From: Stegostoma tigrinum
Lineage: Eukaryota
DNA: 64,000 nt
Reading direction: 5' to 3'
Assembly: GCF_030684315.1 (NCBI RefSeq)
Contig: NC_081365.1
Span: 35,491,394-35,555,393 of the forward strand
The notes beneath the pieces are model-generated. The model was not told the DNA's origin. It worked only from the letters and a program-made list of their open reading frames with translations, and ran no database searches. Below, piece by piece: positions 37,811 to 49,945 of this stretch (positions within the stretch are counted from its first letter, which is position 1; each line of letters opens with the position of its first letter). Both the position numbers and the translations under genes were made by a program.

Positions 37811-39574
37811 TGTTTTTATTGTTTGCTTTTCTTTAATACCAACTAATGGAAATATTGTCTTGAACCAAAGCTGTTTGTCGTAAAAAAAACAAAACTGGAT
37901 CTACTCGTTAAATCAGGCAGTATCAGTGGAGACAGAAACAGTTTATGATCTTGTCAATGATATTTTGCAAAAACTAATGAAAGTTTATTGACTGAAACAC
38001 TAACTCTTTCTGGCATACATATTATTTTGTTCGTATTGATATGTTTGTAGGCACCCTGTTTTTGACTGTAATTTAAGTTACGGTGTTCCTCTTCCAGATT
38101 GTACTTTTAATGAGTGATCAAGAATTTCTGTACTCTTGACTATCAGACTAAGAACATGAAGTTTCAAGGGACAGCACGTAAACTAACATAGCATTCGTTC
38201 ACCAGCAACATTACTTACATCATCCATTTGCTTTGAAATGTTGCCTATGTTTATGCCATGAAATCTATACTTCATTGTATATTTATATGGAATAGGGCGT
38301 AAAAGTTCAAGATATTTACACTGAGCACTTTGAAATGCCCCTAGATATTTGCACAAACTTGCAGCTAAATCATTATTAATCTGCACTTGAGTAGAAATAA
38401 CCTGCCGGTAAGGTATATTAGTAATGACATGACAGCTTGAATTCATGCACAATAATGTCTAAATTCCATGCATCAGACTGGAATTTGCTCTATGCTATTG
38501 TCATTCATTGAACTTTGTTTGAATATGTACAAAATTGAATGCAGCAGCTCTAGGTCAGGTGAGAGGAAAATGCATGTTATCGAATTCAGATCTTGAGTTG
38601 ACTGTTAATGAACAGTTTTGTTTTGGGCAGGACACACAAGGGCCGCGAACATTGTGCTGACAACTTTTTTTTAAAGGCTTATCAGAATGAATTCAGAATG
38701 AATTGTTCAGCAGGCAGACAGGTTTTTGTTACATTTGCTTATTGGAATCCTACAGTGATATTTTCTGGAACTTGACTGCACTGTCCAAAAAAAGTAGAAA
38801 AAATAGTAATTGACCAGGATTTGGGTGCTGCAATGATAGCAAAGACCATTTCTATTCACTATTATTCTACAAAAATAATAGCTTCTAGCATCTGTGCATG
38901 CACAGTAAAGCAGCAGATGTTGAAATTATGTCAATGAAACACTTCTTTCACAGGATATGCTGTTGTAGTCATTGCCACACAACCTGCAGACAACCACTGA
39001 CCTGGCATGAACTTTCCACCCACTATTTTAGCTATCATAATCCATGAAAATATTAAACCTCATTTAATCATGAGCAACTAAGTTTTTTTTAATGATATTA
39101 TAAATCAAAATTGCTATTGTATGACTTCTTTGATCCTGAACAATTTATTTTACATATATTACTAGTTTCACCAAGAAAACTTAAATATTATTAAAATGAA
39201 AGCAATTAATTTTTATTTAAAATGTATGATTTTACATCTCACTTTGTCCCATGTCAGTGCCACAATCTTTTTTTAATGTTCTGTACAGTGATTAAGAATG
39301 TGCGAAAAGTTGGAGATTGTATAAGCTTCTGTGAAATCGCGGTGGGTGACTTTTTTTAGTGTTAATAGCCAATACAGTCGCTTCACTGCCGACCACAACA
39401 TCCTATAAAGTGGATGGTTGAAGGTGATAGTATAAAACCTCGAAGGCTACGCAAGCAATTAAACATTGCCAAAAAGAGAGACGAAATTGAAGCTAGCCAA
39501 AATTCCATACTGCCCACGGGTCCAACCAAGCAGCATCTTTTTCCCTTGTGTCTTGAATTGATATCCCCCTTCCA

Positions 39575-40132
39575 TGTTTCTCTGCGTGGGTTTGCTCCCA
39601 CAGTCCAAAGATGTGCAGGCTAAGTGGCTAGGCTATGCCAAATTGCCCATAGTGTTTGGGAATGTGTAGATGAGGAGGGTTGTAGGTGGACGGGTCTGGG
39701 TGGGATACTCCGAGGGCTGGTGTGGACTTGTTGGGCCGAAAGGCCTGTTTTCACACTGTAGGGATTCTATAAATTACAAACAAAAATGGAACCAGCTCCA
39801 ATCCCTATGGAATACAGCTGGTCACAGATGTCCAGTCTGAGAAACAACTCTCCACCACCACCCTCTGCCTTCTACCATCCAGTCAATTTTGTAAACAATT
39901 GGCAAGCTCTTCCTGAACCTTATGTGTTTTAAATTTATTAATTAGTTTCCATGCAGAACCTTCTCAAGGCTTTATTAAAGTCTGTGTGGACAACATTTAC
40001 CTCTGTGCCCTCATCAATCTTTTTGGTTACGTCCTCAAAACACTCAACCAAGTTTATGAGACATGATTTCCTATGCATAAAACCGTGATAACTATCTCTA
40101 ACCAGTCCTTGCCTCTCCAAATGCATGTAAAT
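39575..40132. mobile_element. V-SINE 3' half (+, to about 39770) abutting a CR1 RT fragment (-)
   Basis: SINE core and tail as at 1236-1541. Minus translation LVRDSYHGFMHRKSCLINLVECFEDVTKKIDEG..TDFNKA is CR1 RT. Confidence 0.75.
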
Positions 40133-41876
40133 CAATAAACCTCCAAAGAACTGCTGGAGACTGGATAAAAGAAGGTCCAGAAAGTTTTCAGGTTTTATGT
40201 TGGTGGGCCTTCTGGATGAGTTTAAAAAAAAAATTCCAGGCCTATTATTGATACTCATTTTAACATGACGACTTGCATTCAGGCAGATTTGGAAGGGCAT
40301 AAGGAAGTATTATTTTGCCAATGGTACAGCCTGTTTTGGATGCAAGTCAAATTTCTAGGCACCAAAAATTGTTTAGCAGCTTAAGAAATTCTGTTCCTGC
40401 TTCTTGGTGCCAAGGGCTGTTTGGGATTTATGACTATTTTGTCAAGTATAATAATTCAGTTTTTTTAGTTTGGATGTTCAGCGGTGGCTGGGGGAATACC
40501 ACATAAATACATTGTATTCAAACTGTGCCAAATTTCTTTCACTTGAATTATTAATTCCTGTAGGCCAAACAAAGAAGAAAACCGTGGAAGTATTTCTGTC
40601 TGGATCATCTTCTGGCACTTGTCCATGCCAGGAGTATAGAAAACAAAGTAAGTTACAACTGTAGCTATTCAAACAGCAAGTACTAATCATAACTGTTTTC
40701 CTTGTTTCCCTTTCCCTGGTATTGCCACAAAGTCAACCTTTAATATCTTAACCTTTTATATGAAACTCTTGGTAAAGCATGTGAGTAAGCTGGTCAACCA
40801 CACCATAGTTAAACCCAATCATCTCAGTCAACAACTATAAAAATGGATGTCTAGAAATTGATCTGGAATGGAACATTAGCTGAAACTTCTCTCCCTAGCA
40901 CATGGCTGCTCTAGTCATTTGTAGAACTTTTGGTGATATATCGTTGGGATTAAGGAAATAACTAGACTGAAAAGTAAACTGTGGATCTTTCTAGTCCAGA
41001 TGCTTAAACAACTTAATTTGTTAAGTCACAGGGGAGCTAAGAAGTGGTATTTAAATTAGAAGAGATAAAACTGAAGCAAATAGCTAGTGGCAACAGTTCT
41101 CTGTTTCCAAAACTACTATTAAGGAATGGGGAAAGAAAACGGAAGTCATCCATTCAAGACATTAATATATTGAAGACAATTAGAAAGGAAAATTCTTAAA
41201 CACAAACTTTCAATGACCTATCCATTTAGTTGCAGAAAATAAACTAGTCGTAAAATGTAGTAATGACCATTTTAAGCTTAAAATTCAAATGTAAATACAT
41301 GATATAGCTTTGCAAGGCCTCAAGCCTTTTGAATCTTTCATCGCATTAACCATAGGTAGAAGAATTTAACTTTCTTCATTTGGTATTTAGTATAAATGAA
41401 AGCCTGGATTGTGAAACATTTTCTGACTCTTTTGTCAAGATCAGCATGGAGAGGGATGATAGCTACAATGTCTCAAACAAATGTAAAGCTGACCAAAAAG
41501 TGGACAAAAAGTGTTTTTGTGTTATCTATGCTTTAAATGCTACTCAAAATTTCACACGTTTCAAAACCAATTTAACAACATTAGACACTCTTTATTGGCT
41601 AAAATAGCTACTGAAGAGTGCTGTAAGTCCAAAAGGGCTAGTTGATGTGCAGGTGAACCTCTGCTTAATGTGGAATGTCATCTTGGGGCCTGCGATAGGG
41701 GTGATGGAGGAGGTGTGGGGGCAAGTGTAGCATTTCCTGCGGTTTCAGGGGAAGGTGCCGGGTGTGGTGGGGTTGGAGGGCAGTGTGGAGCGAACAAGGG
41801 AGTCACGGAGAGAGTGGTCTCTCCGGAAAGCATACAGGGGTGGGGATGGAAAAATGTCTTGGGTGGTGGGGTCGGA

Positions 41877-43814
41877 TTATAGATGGCGGAAGTGTTGGAG
41901 GATGATGCGTTGTATCCGGAGGTTGGTAGGGTGGTTTGTGAGAACGAGGGGGATCCTCTTAGGGCGGTTGTGGCGGGGGCGGGGTGTGAGGGATGTGTTG
42001 CGGGAAATACGGGAGACGCGGTCAAGGGCGTTCTCGATCACTGTGGGGGGAAAGTTGCGGTCCTTAAAGAACTTGGACATCTGGGATGTGCGGGAGTGGA
42101 ATGTCTTATCGTGGGAGCAGATGCGGCGGAGGCGGAGGAATTGGGAATAGGGAATGGAATTTTTGCAGTAGGGTGGGTGGGAGGAGGTGTATTCTAGGTA
42201 GCTGTGGGAGTCGGTGGGCTTGAAATGGACATCAGTTACAAGCTGGTTGCCTGAGATGGAGACTGAGAGGTCCAGGAAGGTGAGGGATGTGCTGGAGATG
42301 GCCCAGGTGAACTGAAGGTTGGGGTGGAAGGTGTTGGTGAAGTGGATGAACTGTTTGAGCTCCTCTGGGGAGCAAGAGGCGGCGCCGATACAGTCATCAA
42401 TGTACCGGAGGAAGAGGTGGGGTTTGGGGCCTGTGTAGGTGCGGAAGAGGGACTGTTCCACGTAACCTACAAAGAGGCAGGCATAGCTGGGGCCCATGCG
42501 GGTGCCCATGGCCACCCCCTTAGTCTGTAGGAAGTGGGAGGAATTGAAAGAGAAGTTGTTGAGGGTGAGGACGAGTTCAGCTAGGCGGATGAGAGTGTCG
42601 GTGGAGGGGGACTGGTCGGGCCTGCGGGACAGGAAGAAGCGGAGGGCCTTGAGGCCATCTGCATGCGGAATGCAGGTGTATAGGGACTGGACGTCCATGG
42701 TGAATATGAGGTGTTGGGGGCCAGGGAATTGGAAGTCCTGGAGGAGGTGGAGGGCGTGGGTGGTGTCACGGACGTAGGTGGGGAGTTCCTGGACCAAAGG
42801 GGAGAAAATGGAGTCCAGATAGGTGGAGATGAGTTCGGTGGGGCAGGAGCAGGCTGAGACGATGGGTTGACCAGGGCAGGCAGGTTTGTGGATTTTGGGA
42901 AGGAGATAGAAACGGGCCGTGTGGGGTTGGGGAACAATGAGGTTGGAGGCTGTGGGTGGGAGGTCCCCTGACGTGATGAGGTCGTGAATGGTGTTGGAGA
43001 TGATGGTTTGGTGCTCCGGTGTGGGGTCATGATCGAGGGGGCGGTAGGAGGTGGTGTCGGAGAGTTGGCGTCTGGCCTCGGCGATGTAGAGGTCAGTGCG
43101 CCATACTACCACTGCGCCACCCTTGTCTGCGGGTTTGATGGTGAGGTTGGGGTTGGAGCGGAGGGAGCGGAGGGCTGCCCGTTCTGCGGGGGAGAGGTTG
43201 GAGTGGGTGAGAGGGGTGGAGAGGTTGAGGCGGTTAATGTCTCGACGGCAGTTGGAGATGAAGAGGTCGATGGAGGGTAGGAGGCCTGGGGGTGGTGTCC
43301 AGGAGGAGGACTTGTGTTGGAAGCGGGTGAAGGGGTCAGTGGAAGGACGGTTAGGTTCCCCGTTGAAGAAGTAGGCGTGGAGGCGAAGACGGCGGAAAAA
43401 CTGCTCTATGTCCAACCGTGACAGGTATTCGTTGATGTGTGGTTGTAGGGGGACAAAGGTGAGCCCCTTACTAAGGACTGACCGTTCGTCCTCAGTCAGT
43501 GGGAGGTCTGGGGGGATGGTGAAGATGCGGCAGGGTTCAGTGTGGCTGTCTTCTCTGGGGTTGCTGGCTGTGGAGGTTGTGGGCGGAGCGATGAAGTCGT
43601 CGGCCGTGGGCGGGGTTCCGTCGGCCGTGGGCGGTGTTCCGCCGGCGGTTGGAGTATCGGGGTGGGCGGCAGCAGCTGCGGTGAGGGTGGTGTGTGAGGT
43701 GTTGTACCTGGAAGTGGAGGTGGTGACTGCAGCAGCGGTTCCGGAAGTTCTGTGGCCGGCGGAGGCGGATGTGACGTCATCCGTGGGGTCTCGGGCCGTG
43801 TCCTCATGGTCCAT
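41877..43814 (-). CDS. PLE reverse transcriptase ORF (645 aa, ended by a premature stop)
   Basis: PLE RT motifs: LSKGLTFVP, IKPADKGGAVVV, FYLLPKIHK, MDVQSLYT, QTKGVAMGT..P, RYIDD, LTFLD, KPTDSHSYL. The frame continues past TAA 41877 and TGA 41745 to FTCTS at about 41644. Confidence 0.93.
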   Translation of the reverse strand: MDHEDTARDPTDDVTSASAGHRTSGTAAAVTTSTSRYNTSHTTLTAAAAAHPDTPTAGGTPPTADGTPPTADDFIAPPTTSTASNPREDSHTEPCRIFTIPPDLPLTEDERSVLSKGLTFVPLQPHINEYLSRLDIEQFFRRLRLHAYFFNGEPNRPSTDPFTRFQHKSSSWTPPPGLLPSIDLFISNCRRDINRLNLSTPLTHSNLSPAERAALRSLRSNPNLTIKPADKGGAVVVWRTDLYIAEARRQLSDTTSYRPLDHDPTPEHQTIISNTIHDLITSGDLPPTASNLIVPQPHTARFYLLPKIHKPACPGQPIVSACSCPTELISTYLDSIFSPLVQELPTYVRDTTHALHLLQDFQFPGPQHLIFTMDVQSLYTCIPHADGLKALRFFLSRRPDQSPSTDTLIRLAELVLTLNNFSFNSSHFLQTKGVAMGTRMGPSYACLFVGYVEQSLFRTYTGPKPHLFLRYIDDCIGAASCSPEELKQFIHFTNTFHPNLQFTWAISSTSLTFLDLSVSISGNQLVTDVHFKPTDSHSYLEYTSSHPPYCKNSIPYSQFLRLRRICSHDKTFHSRTSQMSKFFKDRNFPPTVIENALDRVSRISRNTSLTPRPRHNRPKRIPLVLTNHPTNLRIQRIILQHFRHL

Positions 43815-43860
43815 GGTGGCGGGTGCATGGTGGGGGAGGGGCAGGGACAGAGTTGGGATT

Positions 43861-44297
43861 CATCTGCCAATGTGGTATACTGCATCCACTGTACCCGGTG
43901 TGGCTTCCTCCACATTGGGGAAACCAAGCGGAGGCTTGGAGACCGCTTTGCAGAACACCTCCGCTCAGTTCGCAACAAACAACTGCACCTCCCAGTCGCA
44001 AACCATTTCCACTCCCCCTCCCATTCTCTAGATGACATGTCCATCATGGGCCTCCTGCAGTGCCACAATGATGCCACCCAAAGGTTGCAGGAACAGCAAC
44101 TCATATTCCGCCTGGGAACCCTGCAGCCTAATGGTATCAATGTGGACTTCACCAGTTTCAAAATCTCCCCTTCCCCCACTGCATCCCTAAACCAGCCCAG
44201 TTCGTCCCCTCCCCCCACTGCACCACACAACCAGCCCAGCTCTTCCCCCCCACCCACTGCATCCCAATACCAGTCCAACCTGTCTCTGCCTCCCTAA
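43861..44297 (+). CDS. PLE GIY-YIG endonuclease domain (inverted relative to RT)
   Basis: SANVVYCIHCTRCGFLHIGETKRRLGDRFAEH..PVANHF..EQQLIFRLGTLQPNGIN, a PLE GIY-YIG with the CCHH motif. Confidence 0.9.
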
Positions 44298-44521
44298 CCG
44301 GTTCTTCCTCTCACCCATCCCTTCCTCCCACCCCAAGCCGCACCCCCATCTACCTACTAACCTCATCCCACCTCCTTGACCTGTCCGTCTTCCCTGGACT
44401 GACCTATCCCCTCCCTACCTCCCCACCTATACTCTCTCCACCTATCTTCTTTACTCTCCATCTTCGGTCCGCCTCCCCCTCTCTCCCTATTTATTCCAGT
44501 TCCCTCTCCCCATCCCCCTCT

Positions 44522-44549
44522 CTGATGAAGGGTCTAGGCCCGAAACGTC
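44522..44549 (+). ncRNA. Minimal type I hammerhead ribozyme core in the PLE 3' terminus
   Basis: CUGAUGA-A-GGGUC(UA)GGCCC-GAAAC-GUC. Stem II hairpin and minimal palindromic stem III (ACGU) as described for PLE hammerheads. Stem I pairing is weak in this copy. Confidence 0.75.
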
Positions 44550-47500
44550 GGCTTTTGTGCTCCTGGGATGCTGCTTGGCCTGCTGTGTTCATCCAGCCTC
44601 ACATTTTGTTATCTTGGAATTCTCCAGCATCTGCAGTTCCCATTATCCCCAAAAGGGCTAGTACTGTGATGTATCATAAGCACCATCTGCATAGTACTGT
44701 TGTATGAGTTTGTGGGCAAAACAGTTTAGGATCACAAAGGAATGAGAGCTAAAATCTAGACTTTCTCAAATTTTCTGTAACTATGTCAAACATATCGATG
44801 TAACTTGTAACTACATGCTAACGTATGATAAACTGTATTTTGGCAACAGTAAGAGACTCTTCTGGTTAGACCAGGCAGTAGTTTTCCTTTGCCAAATTAG
44901 ATCAAACAGGGACTGTAGTTTTCTACAGTTAAAAGAAGATGGTGGCAGCAACTTTATTCATGAACAGCAGCTCATGCAATGTAATGAGCTGACATCCCAC
45001 ACAACAAAGTTACTTGACTACGAGAAGTATCTTTGGCTAGTATTCTTAGATACCACCTGTAATAAATTAGGATTCAAACAATTAAACAAAGGTTTGTTCT
45101 ATTTTATATTCTGGAGTTTAAGTCTCCTGTAAAATATTATCACATTACAAAATATTTTTGTATTGTACTTACATTTGATATCCAGTGGGATATGGTAAAT
45201 TTTTTCAAGCAAATATGGTGCACATCTTGACAACGCATTTTAGTGAAAATATCCTTTTAGAAGTATTTATAAATCCTAAAATTTGATATAAGTGCTTCTT
45301 GATTATAGAAATTAGGATGCAAACTACCTATCGAATGAAATAGCAAATACTGAAACAGAAAATTTCTTTTGGTTAATGGTTGCAAAATCTACCTACAATA
45401 CTACAAAAATAATAATGCATCTCAGAAGACACCAGTCACATTCATACTCTGTATGTATGATAAAAGAGTAAAATGTAGAATAATAAATAGGGGCTAAGCT
45501 ACCAGTAAAGCTTCTGGAGTAACAATATATCTGATTCAATTATTAAGAATAATCACCCTTTGAGAGGACAGCACTGTCTCACATCTCTAAGAATGGAGCA
45601 GAGAAAGATAAAGCAGAGATTACAGTTTGTTAGGAGTATTTTTGTATGTTTTTCAGAATTTGTATTTTTCCTTGCAAAGGTGTAAAAGAAAGCAAAAATA
45701 CATAGTGGCATTTATTACTTACCTTTTTGAATTCAGAGAATTCATCTTAGTTAGTAACACTTTAATGGAATCATCACCATAGTCCCCTGATACAACTTAT
45801 TCACATTGTGATTATTTTCAAATGTAATTCAGTGACATCTTGTGAATATGAAAAGAACTATTGTATACAAGTGCAAGCTCTTGCCTCAACATCCCTGCAG
45901 ATATATTTTAATTTTGGTCAAATTAACATTTCAATTGGTATTACATGATGAGTGAATCCGAGATGGAACTATCAATTACAAATGTAATTGGAATACAGAA
46001 TTAGCCTGCAAATTATTGAATTTTGCAATATTTATGGTCTTTGGAATTCATGAATATTAGTACATTAATTTTTCACAAGGTATCTTTTTGACCGCAATAT
46101 TTGACATTATTTTACCATCATTTTTCTCTAAAATTAAATTTTGTGCAAGGAAAAGTCACTTAAATCTCAAAGTACAACATATGAATTTTTCACTGTTAGT
46201 TTTAATAGAACTTTCACAAAAAATGATATTCCTCTGGGGCAATCTAATGAAATGAATTGTTAACCAATTACTTAATTTTACTTCCATTGTCCTCTATTAA
46301 AATAATATTGAAATTTTGACCTATTAATCAACTGATGTTTGCAGTTAAACAGAATTCAGGTCCTGCAGAAATACAACATGACATCTCATGGAGCTGAATT
46401 TTATGCTGGTGACAGAGTATCTACCCCTGCCATTTAACTGTGGTGACCATGATTGGGTTTACAGATGGAATCTCAGGCAAATGAGCTGACATTAGAACTG
46501 TGTGAATGCAAGTTTGGGATCTTGTCTGTGGGGTAGCCCCAGTGAGGGGTGTAGGAGGTAATGATGGGCAGTAAGAAAGAGGTAATACAGGGATGTGAGG
46601 AGTGAAACATCAATGTGCAGAGGGAGCCTGAAAAAGCAGCAATATCCATGCTCTTCCAAGTTTACCTGATAAGCTGGGCACTTGGTCCCTGTCTCCTCTA
46701 TACACTCAATGGCGCTGGGAGCCCCTTGATGAGCCAATTATTGGGAATAGCAATGCTGAAATGTTACATAATTTTATGACATCCCTGACTGCTATTCTAA
46801 TTCAGGAGGACAGTAAAATTCTGTTCATGAAATTTGGTTTTAACATAATAATGACTACACTGTTTAAGAGTTATATTATCAGTCTCACTGGTAGTTTAAG
46901 TATTTGATCAATCATACTTATCTATGCTATTAAGTAATACCAATCATTACTTCCATTTAAAATACTCTGGTGCATCATAGAGTACTTGGAATTTATACCT
47001 TTATTTTTAAATTGATTAACACAACTAAGGATTTCATCTGATTTTTCTCAGCAAGAATGACTTTTCCCAAGATGATAAATTTTCAGCTTAAAGCACAGAT
47101 CCAAATAACTGGGAAAGAAAAAGTCTCACAAAGAAAACCATGGTAGAGAATTATATTGATGAGCAAAGTTCTGAAAAGTACTATTTTGTATATAGGGATG
47201 AGTTTCATTGGCAGAATTCCATTTGACACATCATTTGGTGGCAGCAGAAAAAATTGACTTAAAACCGTTGTTAGACTATTGATTTGGATTTTGATTGGAG
47301 TTATTTTATTTGAATAAGGCGAAGAAAGAATTTTCACTGGTATTATAACCTCCATATTCTGCATTAACTGCACAAACTAAGCAGGATCACATATCGGGCA
47401 TGCAATACCTGATGGCCAGATCATCTGTGCTGTAACTAGATGGCTAAATCATCTGTGTTAGGAGTCATATTGTTTCCAGTTGGTGGTTCCTATTTGATAG

Positions 47501-47573
47501 CAACATATTTCTTGTTCCTGGATCTCGTGTCATTGAAGTCAATGGGAAAAATGAAGATGCATACGTGCGCGCG

Positions 47574-47580
<7 letters not shown>

Positions 47581-47616
<36 letters not shown>
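47581..47616. repeat. (AC)18 microsatellite, i.e. (UG)18 in the pre-mRNA, starting at the 5' splice site
   Basis: Direct reading. Preceded by alternating purine-pyrimidine GTGCGCGCGTGCGCGC. Confidence 0.97.
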
Positions 47617-47618
<2 letters not shown>

Positions 47619-47790
47619 TCTGTATGGGTGACAGGCAATGAGATTTCCATGCAGGCTGCTGATTGTGCTTTTCGAAATGGCGGTCGGCCTGGTCCTCGAC
47701 GATTCAGCTTTGAAGTATCAGCGATGGAAAGACGCTTCCCAGTGTTGCAGGGTTGGGAAATAGGACTTGTGCAAACTCCATTGACATGAT
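47617..47790 (-). CDS. STXBP5L: STXBP5L coding exon, hypervariable region
   Basis: tttcag|AT..GAAG|gtgtgt, 174 nt, phase 1 to 1. (D)HVNGVCTSPISQPCNTGKRLSIADTSKLNRRGPGRPPFRKAQSAACMEISLPVTHTE, matching the tomosyn-2-specific segment. Confidence 0.95.
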
Positions 47791-49844
47791 CTGAAACAAG
47801 TGTAACAAATAGTATATTTCACAATTAACCAATTGCAATGTAAATAGGTAAATTCCTTGAGAAACTAGTGCTGTACCTGGAGCAGTTATAGTTCCCTACT
47901 GTATGTTTATGGTAAGGTGCAGGGAAAGTAAGTATTAAAATTTAAATTATAGAGTCAAGTGCTAGAATGTCAGTGGTCCTTCCTGTGGACTGAATGTTAT
48001 CTTATTGCTACCAATTTTCAATATTTTTATTGAGCATTGAGTAAAAAGAATTGTGACAGGAAACATGGCAAACTGGTTAAAGACTCAAGTGCCAAATTAC
48101 CTGTTCTAGCATCTACTTATTACGTTCCTATTAATGCTCATAATGCTAGCAATGTTTGCGTGTGGAATGAACTTCCCGAGGAAGTGGTGGATGCAGGCAT
48201 AGTTATAACATTTAAAAGACACTTGGATAAGTCCACAAATAGGAAGTGTTTTGGGGGATATGGGCCAAGAGCAGAGAGTTAGTAGTGGTTTAGTTTGGGA
48301 TTATGTTCAGCATAGGCTGGTTGGGCTGAAAGGTTTGTTTCCAGGCTGTTTGACTCTACAACTGTCTTTAGTAAAACAAATTCAATTTTCCCCGAGCAGT
48401 GATTTTAGTCAAGGCTTCCAACTAAATGCAGTTTATAGAAAAAAAAGAGGAAATCTAGACTGGGAACCAAAATTGACAAGTAGGTCAACTTGTCTGAAGT
48501 AAGAAAACTTATTTTTATTTCTTTTGGATACCTTAAAACTTAAACTGCAGAGTAGCCATTCTACAAAGGCAAAATACTGCAGATGCTGGAAATCTGGAGA
48601 AAAGCAGAAAATACTGGAAATACTCAGGTTGAGCAGCATCTGTGGATCAAGATAGAAATGGAATTAATATTTCAGTTCAATGGCCTATCATGATATAACT
48701 TTCGAGAGAGCTGAAGAGTCTATAATGGCATAAATTGTTTTGTATACTTCTTAATAGATATTTTCAGCAGTTTAAAATCAGATTACTCGAATGGTAGATT
48801 ATGATTAGAAATGCTTGCTTTTGTGAAATAACATTTTATCAACTGTGTCAATCAAACATTGCAAAGTTACCCCACTAATGCCTATTGAGCAATGTTTTTA
48901 AAGGAAATTAGAACGACATCTTTAAAATATTGCTTGATTTAATCTGGTTCAACGGTGATTTCATATTTTGCAATATGCAAATAAGTATGAGTGGAAATTC
49001 TGTAGGAAAAATCATTGTAATTTGTGATGGAATTGCCAATTCCCCCATTATGTTTTTGAGGCATTTCAATTATTTTTAATGATTTTGGACGTGAATTTGA
49101 AAATTAATGTCTCCAGCCATTAGTGAGGATGGTTCCCTATCATTTCTCAATCCTATTGGAAACCAAGCTGATTGAAAGCAGGAATATCAGTGTTAATGGC
49201 AGCTATTCATGTGGCAAAAAGCGTGAAGTGGCGTTCAACAGGTATTGGCACTAGGAACACTTGATCCCAATTTATATCAGTGAATTGGACTCAGAAATCC
49301 TTAAAATGCAGAACTGCAGAAGTACACAGGAAATATTTGATGAAGTACAAGAAAACATGAAAAAAATCTGCAGAATAGATGTGTAATTAAAATCAAATTT
49401 CAATAAATATGTGTAAGGGATATCTGTTCCTTGGAAGAATAAGGAGGCAACATGCTGCTTTGCTGATGAGTCTAAATGGAGTTAATGGGCAAAGAAATCT
49501 AGTAATACTGAAAAGGTAATCGTAAAGACTGCAGAAATATTTAAGGCAAAGCAAAATAAGTGTTTTGGGTTTATTCCTAGAATTTATTTGTATAAGTAAC
49601 AAAATGAGTAGATAAGGTGTTTTGTTCACCTAGTCAGTGCAAATTTAGAGCACTGTGACAACTTTGGTAATGATACTATAGACGGATGTAGAGTATATGT
49701 AAGTCACTTACTCTATAACTTCCTCCTTTCATTTTGTGCAATTCAAAGGACCCGACAATGTAGATGTGCCATGATAATGACATAAGTTTCCAGGAAACTG
49801 ATTCAACATTGCCATTGCCATCCTTAGTCCCAAGACAGCAAGAA

Positions 49845-49945
49845 GAAGCTTTTCTGATGAAGGGTCTAGGCCCGAAACGTCAGCTTTTGTGCTCCTAAGA
49901 TGCTGCTTGGCCTGCTGTGTTCATCCAGCTCCACACTTTGTTATC
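49845..49945 (+). mobile_element. About 100-bp mini-PLE with intact hammerhead core
   Basis: CTGATGA-AGGGTCTAGGCCC-GAAACGTC at 49854-49881; ends TTGTTATC. 10-bp TSD acagcaagaa at 49835-49844 and 49946-49955. Confidence 0.88.

Larger units (their letters stand above)
41643..44648. mobile_element. Young Penelope-like retroelement (Neptune-like), 5'-truncated with internal inversion
   Basis: Minus part 41644-43860 holds the RT and a Cys-linker. Plus part 43861-44648 holds GIY-YIG, the 3' UTR and a hammerhead. CpG-rich. 14-bp TSD ccaaaagggctagt at 41629-41642 and 44649-44662. Confidence 0.95.

Noticed and set aside
45557-45640. Branch-point-like CTAAC, pyrimidine tract and AG followed by a possible 30-nt microexon (45557-45586)
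   Set aside because: It has an in-phase TGA and a weak donor. A poison exon cannot be excluded, but nothing else supports it.
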